Positions 10,017 to 19,819 of a stretch of 43,928 nucleotides of DNA are shown piece after piece. Every line of letters begins with the position of its first letter. Position 1 is the stretch's first letter. The stretch lies in the NCBI GenBank assembly GCA_964525635.1, contig CAZGJX010000023.1, positions 1-43,928 on the forward strand, in the 5' to 3' direction. Source of the DNA: an uncultured archaeon (GTDB lineage: Archaea > Asgardarchaeota > Lokiarchaeia > Sigyniarchaeales > SOKP01). Under the pieces are notes generated by a model. The model had not been told where the DNA came from, made no database searches, and saw only the letters and a program-made list of their open reading frames with translations. The translations under genes and the position numbers were made by a program.

Positions 10017-11372
10017 ATGGGTATTAAATCTAAAATGTCTTACAAATTCAGTAAAGAGGAATTAAATCATTTATTAGTTGATCATAATAAAACAGCTTTG
10101 AAAAAATTTAAATTACCTACTCAAGTATTCATTTGGGATGAAACTCTTAGAGATGGAGAACAAAGTCCGACGGTTAATTTAACTATGGATGAAAAAATCC
10201 ATTTGGTAAAATTAATGGACGAAATCGGTGTTAATATTATTGCTGTTGGATTTCCAGCGGTGTCTGAATCAGAAAGAGATATAGTTAAAACAATAGTTAA
10301 TGAAGGAACTAAAAACGCATCAATAATAGGGATTGCCCGTCCAAAAAAGGAAGATATTGATGCTTGTATTAATGCAAATCTCAAGGAGATCGTGATTTTT
10401 ATGCCTATTTCTCCTATCTTTATGAAAACATTAAAACTTACAGAAAAAGATGAATTGCATCAAATAACATCTGCTATTCATTATGCTAAAGATAATGGAT
10501 TTAAAGTAAATTGGGTTTCAGAAGATGGCACCAGGGCGGAGCTAAAACATTTAAAAAATGTATTTAAAACCGCTATAAATGCAGGAGCAGAAAGGATTGT
10601 TTTAGGGGATACTGTTGGAGTTCTCACACCTCAATCAACTAGTTATTTAATTAGAGAAATAAGAGATGAGGTTATTAAACCACTGAAAAAAAAGATTTCA
10701 ATGGGTATTCATACTCATAATGATTTTGGCTTAGCAGTGGCTAATACTATTACTGGTGTATTTGAGGGTTGTGAGTTTCCACATACATGTATTAATGGAT
10801 ACGGAGAGAGAGCAGGAAATGCTGCTTTAGAGGAAGTTACAACTATTTTAGAACGTATGGGAATCAATACAGGAATTAATTTAAAAAAGTTACCTGAACT
10901 AAGTAGAGTTTGTGAACAATATTTTTGTATGCCTATTTCGCAAAATAAACCTATTGTGGGAGATTATTCATTTAGTCATGAAAGTGGGCTTCATATAGCC
11001 GCTATTCTAGCTCATCCCCTAACATATGAACCAATTAATCCAAAAATGGTTGGAAGGAAAAGAAAATTTTATATTGGAAAATTTTCTGGGTCCTCATCCA
11101 TAATGTATGCATTGAAAGAAAGGTTAAAAGTTTTGGATCTAGAATGTATCCCTGATGAGGTCATAAAAGAAATTGTTTTCCAAGTTAAAAAAGCATATGA
11201 ATCTAGATCAAAGGAAGAAATCAGAAAATCATTCCAATTTATTAAACAAGAATTAAAAAAAATCACTCAAGGATTTAGCGATACTGATTTCTTTAATATA
11301 GCAAAAAAATATGCTCTACCTTATGTTCCTAAAGAATTTAAATTAAAAACTGAAAAAATAAAAAAAAAATAA
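10017..11372 (+). CDS. DRE-TIM acyl-CoA condensing enzyme (homocitrate/citramalate/isopropylmalate synthase family)
   Basis: DETLRDGEQ, HTHND, GYGERAGN and HESGLH motifs. No obvious LeuA allosteric domain, which favours a homocitrate-synthase-like enzyme. Confidence 0.88.
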   Translation: MGIKSKMSYKFSKEELNHLLVDHNKTALKKFKLPTQVFIWDETLRDGEQSPTVNLTMDEKIHLVKLMDEIGVNIIAVGFPAVSESERDIVKTIVNEGTKNASIIGIARPKKEDIDACINANLKEIVIFMPISPIFMKTLKLTEKDELHQITSAIHYAKDNGFKVNWVSEDGTRAELKHLKNVFKTAINAGAERIVLGDTVGVLTPQSTSYLIREIRDEVIKPLKKKISMGIHTHNDFGLAVANTITGVFEGCEFPHTCINGYGERAGNAALEEVTTILERMGINTGINLKKLPELSRVCEQYFCMPISQNKPIVGDYSFSHESGLHIAAILAHPLTYEPINPKMVGRKRKFYIGKFSGSSSIMYALKERLKVLDLECIPDEVIKEIVFQVKKAYESRSKEEIRKSFQFIKQELKKITQGFSDTDFFNIAKKYALPYVPKEFKLKTEKIKKK

Positions 11373-11502
11373 GTTCTGAAATCATATAATTATTCTTCTA
11401 TGAATAAAAAATTCAAATTAAAACTTTGAAGAATTAGAATATTCAGCAAAATTTTAAAATATATTATTTACCCAAATTAATAATTCATGGACAAACAATA
11501 AA

Positions 11503-12375
11503 ATGATTGATTTACATCTACATTCTAATGCATCTGATGGGAATGATACTCCTACACAAATAATAAAAAAAGCTTTAGCCTTAGATTTAAGAGCTATTGC
11601 AATTACTGACCATGATACTGTAGATGGTGTTGGAGAATTCATGTCATTTGGTGAAGATAAGAAAATTATTACGATCCCTGGAATTGAATTCTCAATAAGA
11701 CATGAACCAGAAAGAGAGATAAAGGATGTTCATATAATTGGATTAAATATTGATTATAAAGCAAATGAGTTAAGTAAAATTCTTAATCTTCAAAAAGCTG
11801 GAAGAATTCAACAAAAAAAAGAAATTTGTGATAGATTGAGAAATGAATTGAGTTATAATATAACATTTGATGAAGTAAAATTAATAGCGGATTCCATTTC
11901 AGTCGGGCGACCTCACATTGTTGAAGTATTAATTAAAAATAATCCAGATAAAATAAAAAAAAAGACAAAAAATGATCTTTTTAAAATGATCAGTTTAGGA
12001 GGAGAAGCTTATGTTGATAGAGAATTTGAAGTTACTCTTGAAGAATCAGTTGAATTAATAAATGCTATTGGAGGGATTCCTATATTAGCTCATCCAGGGA
12101 TTTATGAAATATCTAATAAACATAAATTCATTGAAATGTGTATTCTTGCAGGTATTAGAGGGATTGAAGTAGAATATACATATGATAAAAATCGCCCCTA
12201 TATTAATACTGATAAAGCTGAATGGGCATTAAAAGCACTTCCAGAATTCTTTCGGAAAATAGCTAATGATTATAAATTAATTAAATCTGGTGGATCTGAT
12301 TATCATGGAAATAAAAAGAATATTAAGATTGGAGAGGCTAAAGTTCCTGATGAATATTTATTAGATATAATCTAA
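11503..12375 (+). CDS. PHP-domain phosphoesterase (TrpH/YciV-like)
   Basis: DLHLHSNASDG, AITDHDT, GRPH, LAHP and GGSDYHG motifs. Confidence 0.93.
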   Translation: MIDLHLHSNASDGNDTPTQIIKKALALDLRAIAITDHDTVDGVGEFMSFGEDKKIITIPGIEFSIRHEPEREIKDVHIIGLNIDYKANELSKILNLQKAGRIQQKKEICDRLRNELSYNITFDEVKLIADSISVGRPHIVEVLIKNNPDKIKKKTKNDLFKMISLGGEAYVDREFEVTLEESVELINAIGGIPILAHPGIYEISNKHKFIEMCILAGIRGIEVEYTYDKNRPYINTDKAEWALKALPEFFRKIANDYKLIKSGGSDYHGNKKNIKIGEAKVPDEYLLDII

Positions 12376-12409
12376 TTCATTTAAATCATAATCCTATTAA
12401 AAAGATTTG

Positions 12410-14098
12410 TTATTGATTTGTAAGTTTCTCTAAATCCTCAATTTGTTGGTTTATTTGTTTTTTTAGGCTTTCAAATCGCGTCTTTTTTTCATGTAATTCT
12501 TCTGATGATATTTCTCCAGATAATTCTTTAATTTCGAAATCCAATTCAATCTTTAATATCTGAGCTTTCTTAATTCTAAGATCCATCAATTCTTTTTTTA
12601 ATATTTCCACCGATTTCTGTTCTGTTTCTGGAACATCTATGGCGCTCTCTTCTTTATCAGAAGATAGTTCTTCTGATGATTTGATTTCTGACTCGGTTTC
12701 TTCGATTACTTTTACTTCAGATGGCTTTGATTCCAAAGGCTTAGAGTTAGTCGGATTGATTACATGGCCATATGCAGAAGTTTTTAATTTAGTTTTTGCA
12801 TCTTTTGGAACATTAATAACCTGTTTTGGGCGTTCTTTTACCATGAAATCTTCAGGATTTAAGTTTATACCAGGTGATTCCTTATCTACACTTAATTTAA
12901 TAGGTTTTTCTGTTTCTGATTCTTGAGGTTTTATTGGGAGAGGTTTAACTAATGGTTTTGGAGCTTTTTCTGATATAACTTCTTTTTTTTCTTCAAACTC
13001 CTCAATTTTCTTTTCCTCAATTATTTGTTCTTCTAATACTTTTACTTCCTTCTTTCCTACTTTCCCTAACATACCTTTAATCTTCTGAGCTTTTTCGTAA
13101 AATTCTTTACTTAAAGAATCATCGCCTAGATCAATACAAAGATCACTAATTTCTTCAAATAATCTAATAGCTTTATCAATTTGAGCGTCTTCTAGAGCCT
13201 TCTGGGCTTCTATAATTTTATTATCTCTCTCCAATAAAGGTTTTAAAAGTGGAGAAATTTCTGTGTTCATCTCCAAGACATCTGCAATTATTTTAATCAT
13301 TTTATCTCTATTATTTTCCTCTATTGCAATCATTGAATATGCCTTTAAACCTAAAACTTGCTCAATTTGTTCAGGAGTCATTGATTTTTTTAAATCTTGT
13401 TTATTTGCTATTGCAGCAGAATGGGCATGAGGAGCTTGTTCACTTATTAAATCTAAAAAGAATTTACTTTTTTCTACATTTTCCATTGATGAATCTGTTA
13501 TAAGAAGTACAGCATCACTTCCTTTGATAAAGTTTGACCATAAATAACTAAACTGTTCTTGTCCAGCAAAATCCCATAAATGAAAATGAAGTTTCCCTAT
13601 TTTAATTGTAGCAATATCCCCTGTTATTGTGGGTACATGTTGCATAGGGATTTCTTCTGCTTTTATTAATTTTGTAATCGTAGTTTTCCCTACACCAGAA
13701 AATCCAATGAGTGATATTTTTGGTCGAAGACTTCTATGAATCGCATCTATAGTTGGATCAAAGACTTCAAATGTTTTTGTATCAAATTTATGTTGGAGAA
13801 TATCTTCAAATAAATTTAGAAATTCTTTTTTACACTTCTTCAATTCTTTCTTTATACTATCAGAATTATCAGTTAAACCAGTAATAAATAAAAACATTAC
13901 ATTTAAATTATTATCTACAAGGTATGATATCCTAAATTTATAATAATCATGATATGTAATTTTTTCACTAACCTGTTGAGGAATTTCTTTATAAATATCT
14001 TCTAAAATTGTTTTAAAAGCTTCTTCTTTTATAGCTTTGCCAAAATGTCTATGATAAACAAGTTCATCTCCCTTATAAATAAATACTTGTCTTAAAAT
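12410..14098 (-). CDS. longin-domain plus Arf-like small GTPase fusion with helical/coiled-coil C-terminus
   Basis: G1 GFSGVGKT, G2 VPTI, G3 WDFAGQ, G4 NKQD. The frame is open 67 codons upstream of the called ATG (ILRQVFIYKGDELVYHRHFG..., longin-like), up to an ATT 6 nt after a GGTGA SD. Confidence 0.85.
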   Translation of the reverse strand: MLRQVFIYKGDELVYHRHFGKAIKEEAFKTILEDIYKEIPQQVSEKITYHDYYKFRISYLVDNNLNVMFLFITGLTDNSDSIKKELKKCKKEFLNLFEDILQHKFDTKTFEVFDPTIDAIHRSLRPKISLIGFSGVGKTTITKLIKAEEIPMQHVPTITGDIATIKIGKLHFHLWDFAGQEQFSYLWSNFIKGSDAVLLITDSSMENVEKSKFFLDLISEQAPHAHSAAIANKQDLKKSMTPEQIEQVLGLKAYSMIAIEENNRDKMIKIIADVLEMNTEISPLLKPLLERDNKIIEAQKALEDAQIDKAIRLFEEISDLCIDLGDDSLSKEFYEKAQKIKGMLGKVGKKEVKVLEEQIIEEKKIEEFEEKKEVISEKAPKPLVKPLPIKPQESETEKPIKLSVDKESPGINLNPEDFMVKERPKQVINVPKDAKTKLKTSAYGHVINPTNSKPLESKPSEVKVIEETESEIKSSEELSSDKEESAIDVPETEQKSVEILKKELMDLRIKKAQILKIELDFEIKELSGEISSEELHEKKTRFESLKKQINQQIEDLEKLTNQ

Positions 14099-14104
14099 TA
14101 TATC

Positions 14105-14109
14105 TCACC
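14105..14109 (-). promoter_or_regulatory. Shine-Dalgarno GGTGA for the GTPase gene
   Basis: Minus strand reads TAA TGGTGA GATATA ATT TTA AGA, immediately after the upstream stop codon. Confidence 0.65.
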
Positions 14110-14110
14110 A

Positions 14111-14602
14111 TTAATCTGACATTTCTTTTATTAATATTTTAATAATTGAATACTTATCAGTATTCAATTTATCTTTATTCAAACTTTCTTTTAGATTTTT
14201 TAATTCTTTTGAGAAGTTAAAAGTTGAAAACTCTAGTTCTTCTGGTTTTTTTAATCTTGTACTAAAATTTTTAAGAAATGAGCGAACACCGGGCATAAAC
14301 TGTGCTAAATTAATATCCAAACCTAATTTTGATACTAAAATGAATTCCTCAGTAAAAGTAAATAAATAATTATTCTCCTTAGCTTCAAGGGCAAAAGAGG
14401 TTATATTATCAAGATTAAGCACTGTAGCAATGTCATTCCTATCAGAAATTAATTCTAATATTTTTTGAGGTATAACTTTTCCAATTGAAAACTCTTTAAT
14501 AGCCGAGCCTAAGATGATTCCATATTTATTAGCAATAGCACACTTAGCATTAAGTTCATCTTCTAATTTTGAGATAATATCATCATAATTTGAATCAATC
14601 AT
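14111..14602 (-). CDS. roadblock/LC7 (profilin-like) domain protein
   Basis: Helix followed by CAIANKYGIILGS, a roadblock-like pattern; operonic with the GTPase. Confidence 0.6.
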   Translation of the reverse strand: MIDSNYDDIISKLEDELNAKCAIANKYGIILGSAIKEFSIGKVIPQKILELISDRNDIATVLNLDNITSFALEAKENNYLFTFTEEFILVSKLGLDINLAQFMPGVRSFLKNFSTRLKKPEELEFSTFNFSKELKNLKESLNKDKLNTDKYSIIKILIKEMSD

Positions 14603-14704
14603 AAATTATAAGTGTTAAGTTTTTAATAATTTAATAATAAATTGTTTATTTATATTTTATCTTATAGGATTTTATCAAAAAATAGGAGCTAAATTATCAT
14701 AAGA

Positions 14705-15472
14705 TTGAAAGCTAATAGATTACATTTTAGGGAAAAAGAATCAGATGTTACTATTATTTCTGACTCAGATTTAGCGATTTTAAGAGCTAAACATGCATTT
14801 TATTACCATAGAGGTATTTTAGAACAATTTATCTCTCAAAATAACGAATTTCTTACTTCATTTTCTCCTATAAGTGTAGATAGCAAAGAGAAAGTTATAA
14901 AATTAATGATAGAAGCTTCATATTTATGTGATGTAGGTCCAATGGCTGCCGTTGCAGGAGCTATTGCGGATTTAATGTTAGAAGTTATGAAAAATGATAA
15001 AGATGATGATATAATACCTGCAAAAATCGCTCTTGTAGAGAATGGAGGGGAAATTGCTATTAATTCGGAAAAACCAATGAAAGTTGCGTTATATGCAGGA
15101 CATAACGAATTAAATCTTAATCTTGGATTTATAATTGAAAAAAAGGATTGTCCTATTGGAATTGGCACTAGTTCAGCAACTATAGGTCATGCGTTTAGTT
15201 TTGGACAAGCTGATGCAGTAACTATTTTTGCTGAGAATGCTACTATAGCAGATGCTGTTGCTACAATGGTTGCAAATCTAGTTAAAGGAGATGATATTGA
15301 ACAATCTATTAAAAACGGATTGGATATGGTTGATGATTTAGTTGGAGTAAAAGGAGTAATCATAAGTCGTGAAAATAAAATTGGTAAAACGGGTATAATT
15401 CCAAAAATGATAAAGATTGAGGGAAATAAAGATTTAATCTTAAAACAAAAAGAATTTGAAATTATAGAATAA
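14705..15472 (+). CDS. UPF0280 / ApbE-superfamily protein
   Basis: VGPMAAVAGAIAD, VENGGEI, TSSATIGH.FSFG.ADAV motifs. Confidence 0.92.
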   Translation: MKANRLHFREKESDVTIISDSDLAILRAKHAFYYHRGILEQFISQNNEFLTSFSPISVDSKEKVIKLMIEASYLCDVGPMAAVAGAIADLMLEVMKNDKDDDIIPAKIALVENGGEIAINSEKPMKVALYAGHNELNLNLGFIIEKKDCPIGIGTSSATIGHAFSFGQADAVTIFAENATIADAVATMVANLVKGDDIEQSIKNGLDMVDDLVGVKGVIISRENKIGKTGIIPKMIKIEGNKDLILKQKEFEIIE

Positions 15473-15522
15473 TTTTTTTTGCTTAATTTAAATATGGGGA
15501 TATTATTGGAATATAATGCTAC

Positions 15523-16284
15523 TTATTTAAATTTTTGAAACATATAAAATGCTATACAAAGTAGAACTGATTTTATTAATTTAATTAACTTCACACGAGA
15601 GATTCCATGCTTTCTTGGTTCTACTGTTATAGGTATTTCACATATTTTTAAATTATTGAAACTAGATCTAAATAAAATTTCAGTTGTAAAACCCATCCCT
15701 GTAAATTTAGTATGTTTAAGTAGTTTAATACTTTTCTTGTTAAAAGCACGATATCCACTTTGGTTATTTTTTATTTTCTTTCCAAAAAATATCCATAAAA
15801 CATTAGCTATAAATATTTCTCCTGTTCTAACGTGGAGTGGTATTTTATAAGTACATTCACCCAAATACCGTGATCCAATGACTACATCTGCTTCATTTTT
15901 TATAATTGGTTTAATTATTTTAGATATTTCCTCAGGATTATGTTGACCATCAGAATCAAGAGTTACAATAATATCTCCTTTAGAATGTTTAAATCCTGTT
16001 AAAATTGCATTTCCATATCCTCTATTTATTTTATGTTTAATGATCTTTATTCTTGAATCATTAATTTTTTTTATTTTCTCTATACTATTATCTGTTGAAC
16101 CATCATCAACAATTATAATTTCGGTAGGATGATGATTTGGAATCTTATATAAAACATTTTGAATTGATTTTTCTTCGTTATATAAAGGGATAACAATTGA
16201 AACTAAAAAATTATCATTTTTAAAATAACTTTTTGGTTCAAATTCTTTACAATTAGTTTCAGATATTAGATTTTTTATGGTCAT
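15523..16284 (-). CDS. GT2 glycosyltransferase, DPM1/polyprenol-phosphate type
   Basis: VIPLYNEE, VDDGSTD, NRGYG, LDSDGQH, GSR and QSGYRA motifs. Confidence 0.92.
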   Translation of the reverse strand: MTIKNLISETNCKEFEPKSYFKNDNFLVSIVIPLYNEEKSIQNVLYKIPNHHPTEIIIVDDGSTDNSIEKIKKINDSRIKIIKHKINRGYGNAILTGFKHSKGDIIVTLDSDGQHNPEEISKIIKPIIKNEADVVIGSRYLGECTYKIPLHVRTGEIFIANVLWIFFGKKIKNNQSGYRAFNKKSIKLLKHTKFTGMGFTTEILFRSSFNNLKICEIPITVEPRKHGISRVKLIKLIKSVLLCIAFYMFQKFK

Positions 16285-16552
16285 ATATTTATAATCCTTT
16301 TTAGAAACTATTTTTTAATTATCTTAATAAGATAAAACAATGTTTTTAATAAACTGAAACAATAAAATTATTTTAATATAATATATGTTTGATTTTATTT
16401 ATATTAAGCTATTAAAAACAAATAATATTTTAATAAAAAATTATTAAGCTAGATCTTATTATTAATTTAAGATAACAATTATTCACAAAATTTAATTGTT
16501 TTTCCTTTTAAAAAAAAAAAATTTAGAAAAAAATAATTTTGTTATTTAATTC

Positions 16553-18808
16553 CTAAATAACCCAATATATTGGTTCAATTATACCAGTTGTGCTTTTAGA
16601 GGAGAAAACTTTATTTAAATATGGTAATTCATAATATTGATGAACTTCTGTGGAATTTAATCCACTATAGAATGTCCATCCACCATAGACTAAAAAGTAA
16701 TCAGTAAAAAAAATGTAAACCTCTGTATTATAATCATTCTTTAATTTTTGTAGAATATTTACATTATCAGAGATATGTTCATCTGGTTTTAAAAGGCTAT
16801 TATTCACTTTTATGAAATAAAAAGATGAATCTAATTCAAGTAAAATATTATCTTCGTCAAAAGGATAAGAATAATACATAATAGGATAATGCCATCCAAA
16901 CTCAGTAATAATTACATTCTTATTTGATGTGTATTTACTATACCCCTGAATCATACTTAATTCTCGTCTTTCTAAACTGAAATTCCTAAAAGTAACATTA
17001 TTATAAGAAAAAGAAGCGATTAATGAAAAGATAATAATGAAAGATAATATAAATGTAAATTTTTTATATTCGATTGCTCTAATTTTTATTAATTTATAAA
17101 TATAAGAAATAAATCCAATTATTATACAGGGAGAACTGATATGTATAATTCTTAACCAAAATCCTTTAACAATAAAAATCATATCATATATTAACGCAAA
17201 GAGTATTAATAATCCAAAGCCTATTGCCCATATATACAATATTTCACCTTTTGAAGTTTTTTGAAACATAATCAAACCCCATCCTGCAAAGAATGCATAA
17301 AGAAACATTTCTGTTGATGTTATTGCACTTATAATATCTAGATTAAGCGTAAAGATGTTCCCGATCATGAAGATCGTCGTTAGAAGAGAAACGATAATGA
17401 TTGCTGATGGAATAATAATTTTACTCTCTATATTTTGATGCTTCTTGAATTCATGTGAATCTATTTTAAAAAAATCATTTTGACCAAATTTTATTGCCTT
17501 GACAAATTTTCTAATAATTGGAATAAAGATTACTAAAAGTCCTAAAACTAAAAGAAAATAATAAAAAATTGGAAGCTGACCTAAACCCGAAAAAACTATG
17601 AAATGACTAGTTCCAATATCTAATAAATAAAATATAAAAAAAATCCCCATTAAAATACAAAGAATGATAAAATCGATACCCCTTCTATAGTCTTTCAAGA
17701 AATAAATTAAAAATATCCATAAAAAGGAAATCAATAAAATCATAGTTACTAAAGAATGTGTTAATAATGCACTTAGAAAAAGCAGGATGATTAGAGTATA
17801 AGATATTATCATATTAGTTAAAAAATGATGTTTTTGAATAGTTTTAAGCTCTACGTACTCACTGATTCGAAGATATAATATAAAAAAAATCATTAATCCT
17901 TGTAAATATGCTAAACTTTCTGGCCAGAATAAATGCATAATTCCTCCGAATCCTAAAGATGAAAAACTTAAAATAAATACTCCAAAAATCGCTAAATTTC
18001 GATTTTTAAATATTCTTTTAAAAATTATGTAAAGTATCATTGCTGATGTAGGAAATGTATAAAAGACATAAAATTTAGGAATTAATATGATATCCATACC
18101 CGAAAAAAAATGAAAGGCTGAACTAAATATATGCAATCCCATTGCTCCAAAATATTCATGTGAAGGAACAACATTAATTTCAACAATATATTTAATAATA
18201 GAAATATGAAGCCATGAATCAGTTCCTAAAAAAAGACTGACAGAAAAAATATTAAATAAACATATCAAAATCAAAAATACAATTAATAAAAAAATATTCA
18301 AAGAAAGTTTTTGTTTTAAAAAATTCAACAAAGAAAAATTATTACAAAATTCAGTATAATTCTTTGAGTTTTTTTCAAAAATTAAAAATCCTTGATTTCC
18401 TGATTTATTAAGTTCTATAATAGAATAAAGAAAAGTTATTAAATACGTAATTAAAGTAATAAAGTAGAAATAATAAGCATTAATAAGAAAATCAGCTAAA
18501 GAACCAAAATATCCAATTAATATATAAAAAGATAAATTTAAAATAATGGTAAAAATTAGTCTCTCTATAAAATTGATTTTCATTCTTCTTAATATTATAA
18601 AGAAAAGTGGGTATGAGGGTATAAATAATATTATAAAAAGCGAGAAAAAATAAGATATAATATTATCAATATTTACATTATTAATTTGTAAAAAAATCAT
18701 CATTAATGAAATCATTGAAACTATAAAACTAATTAAAATCCGATTATTAAAAATAGAAATCATTATTTTATTTCGATTATTTCTTGTCATTCTCATTTTC
18801 TTATTCAA
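16553..18808 (-). CDS. polytopic membrane protein, probable GT-C-fold glycosyltransferase
   Basis: Many TM segments, a GTDSWLH loop after the early helices and a soluble C-terminal domain; lies in a glycan locus. Confidence 0.6.
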   Translation of the reverse strand: MNKKMRMTRNNRNKIMISIFNNRILISFIVSMISLMMIFLQINNVNIDNIISYFFSLFIILFIPSYPLFFIILRRMKINFIERLIFTIILNLSFYILIGYFGSLADFLINAYYFYFITLITYLITFLYSIIELNKSGNQGFLIFEKNSKNYTEFCNNFSLLNFLKQKLSLNIFLLIVFLILICLFNIFSVSLFLGTDSWLHISIIKYIVEINVVPSHEYFGAMGLHIFSSAFHFFSGMDIILIPKFYVFYTFPTSAMILYIIFKRIFKNRNLAIFGVFILSFSSLGFGGIMHLFWPESLAYLQGLMIFFILYLRISEYVELKTIQKHHFLTNMIISYTLIILLFLSALLTHSLVTMILLISFLWIFLIYFLKDYRRGIDFIILCILMGIFFIFYLLDIGTSHFIVFSGLGQLPIFYYFLLVLGLLVIFIPIIRKFVKAIKFGQNDFFKIDSHEFKKHQNIESKIIIPSAIIIVSLLTTIFMIGNIFTLNLDIISAITSTEMFLYAFFAGWGLIMFQKTSKGEILYIWAIGFGLLILFALIYDMIFIVKGFWLRIIHISSPCIIIGFISYIYKLIKIRAIEYKKFTFILSFIIIFSLIASFSYNNVTFRNFSLERRELSMIQGYSKYTSNKNVIITEFGWHYPIMYYSYPFDEDNILLELDSSFYFIKVNNSLLKPDEHISDNVNILQKLKNDYNTEVYIFFTDYFLVYGGWTFYSGLNSTEVHQYYELPYLNKVFSSKSTTGIIEPIYWVI

Positions 18809-18818
18809 TTTTTTATTA

Positions 18819-19796
18819 TTAGAAATTCATCTTTATATTATAATTATCTATATACCATTTAAAATAATCTTTTAATCCTTCTTCGTGATTATATATGGGT
18901 TCAAAACCAAGAAGATTCTTTGCTTTATTAATATCACTATAACTATGCAATATATCCCCAGATCTAGGTTTTTCAAATTTTATCTTTATATTTTCCTTAT
19001 TAGTTATTTTTAACATCAGTTTTGCAATTTTATTTAAACTAATAGGAGTTCCTAAGCCAATATTAAAGACTTCCCCATATTTATTACATTCAGTAGCTAA
19101 TAAATTTGCGTTGATGATATCTTTTATATAAATAAAATCTCTAGATTGGGTACCATCTCCAAATATTAATAAACTTTCATTTTTGATAATATTTCTAGAC
19201 CAAATAGCAATCACTCCACTATAGGCAGAATCATTTTGCCTTGGACCAAAAACATTAAAATATCGTAAGGAAGTTGTTTTTAAACCATATATATGATAAA
19301 ATGAATGCATATAACCTTCGCATGCTAATTTTGAAACACCATAAGGAGAAATAGGAATATTTTTCATGTTCTCTTTTTTTGGTAAGCAAGGATCATCCCC
19401 ATAGACAGCAGAACTAGAAGCAAAAATAATTTTTTCAATATTTTTCTTTCTAGCAGCATTTAAAATATTTAAGATCCCATTTACATTGATATCATTACAT
19501 AAAGTTGGCATTTTAATTGATTGGGGAACACTTGTAAATGCTGCTTCATGAAAAATTATATCTATATCTTGGAAAATGTCTAAAAGAAAATCTAAATCCC
19601 TTATATCCCCTCTGTAAAACTTAAAATCTTTATTTTTTATAGCTTTATTTAAATTTTCCATTGTACCTGTATAGAGATTATCAATTCCAATAACTTCAGC
19701 TCCAAGTTCTAAGAGTTTATCTGCTAAATTACTTCCTATAAACCCAGCAACCCCAGTCACAATAATTCTTTTGGATTGTAAATTCATAAAACACAT
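18819..19796 (-). CDS. NDP-sugar 4-epimerase (WbpP/GalE-like extended SDR)
   Basis: TGVAGFIGS, HEAA, SSSAVYG, YGVSK and RYFNVFGPRQ motifs. Confidence 0.92.
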   Translation of the reverse strand: MCFMNLQSKRIIVTGVAGFIGSNLADKLLELGAEVIGIDNLYTGTMENLNKAIKNKDFKFYRGDIRDLDFLLDIFQDIDIIFHEAAFTSVPQSIKMPTLCNDINVNGILNILNAARKKNIEKIIFASSSAVYGDDPCLPKKENMKNIPISPYGVSKLACEGYMHSFYHIYGLKTTSLRYFNVFGPRQNDSAYSGVIAIWSRNIIKNESLLIFGDGTQSRDFIYIKDIINANLLATECNKYGEVFNIGLGTPISLNKIAKLMLKITNKENIKIKFEKPRSGDILHSYSDINKAKNLLGFEPIYNHEEGLKDYFKWYIDNYNIKMNF

Positions 19797-19819
19797 CTCT
19801 CTAAATTTTTAAATAGTCA

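Noticed and set aside
16319-16335. Palindrome TTATCTTA-A-TAAGATAA upstream of the GT2 gene
   Set aside because: Could be an operator, but it is a single AT-rich instance and plausible by chance.
16553-18808. AglB/STT3 oligosaccharyltransferase
   Set aside because: No WWDYG motif.
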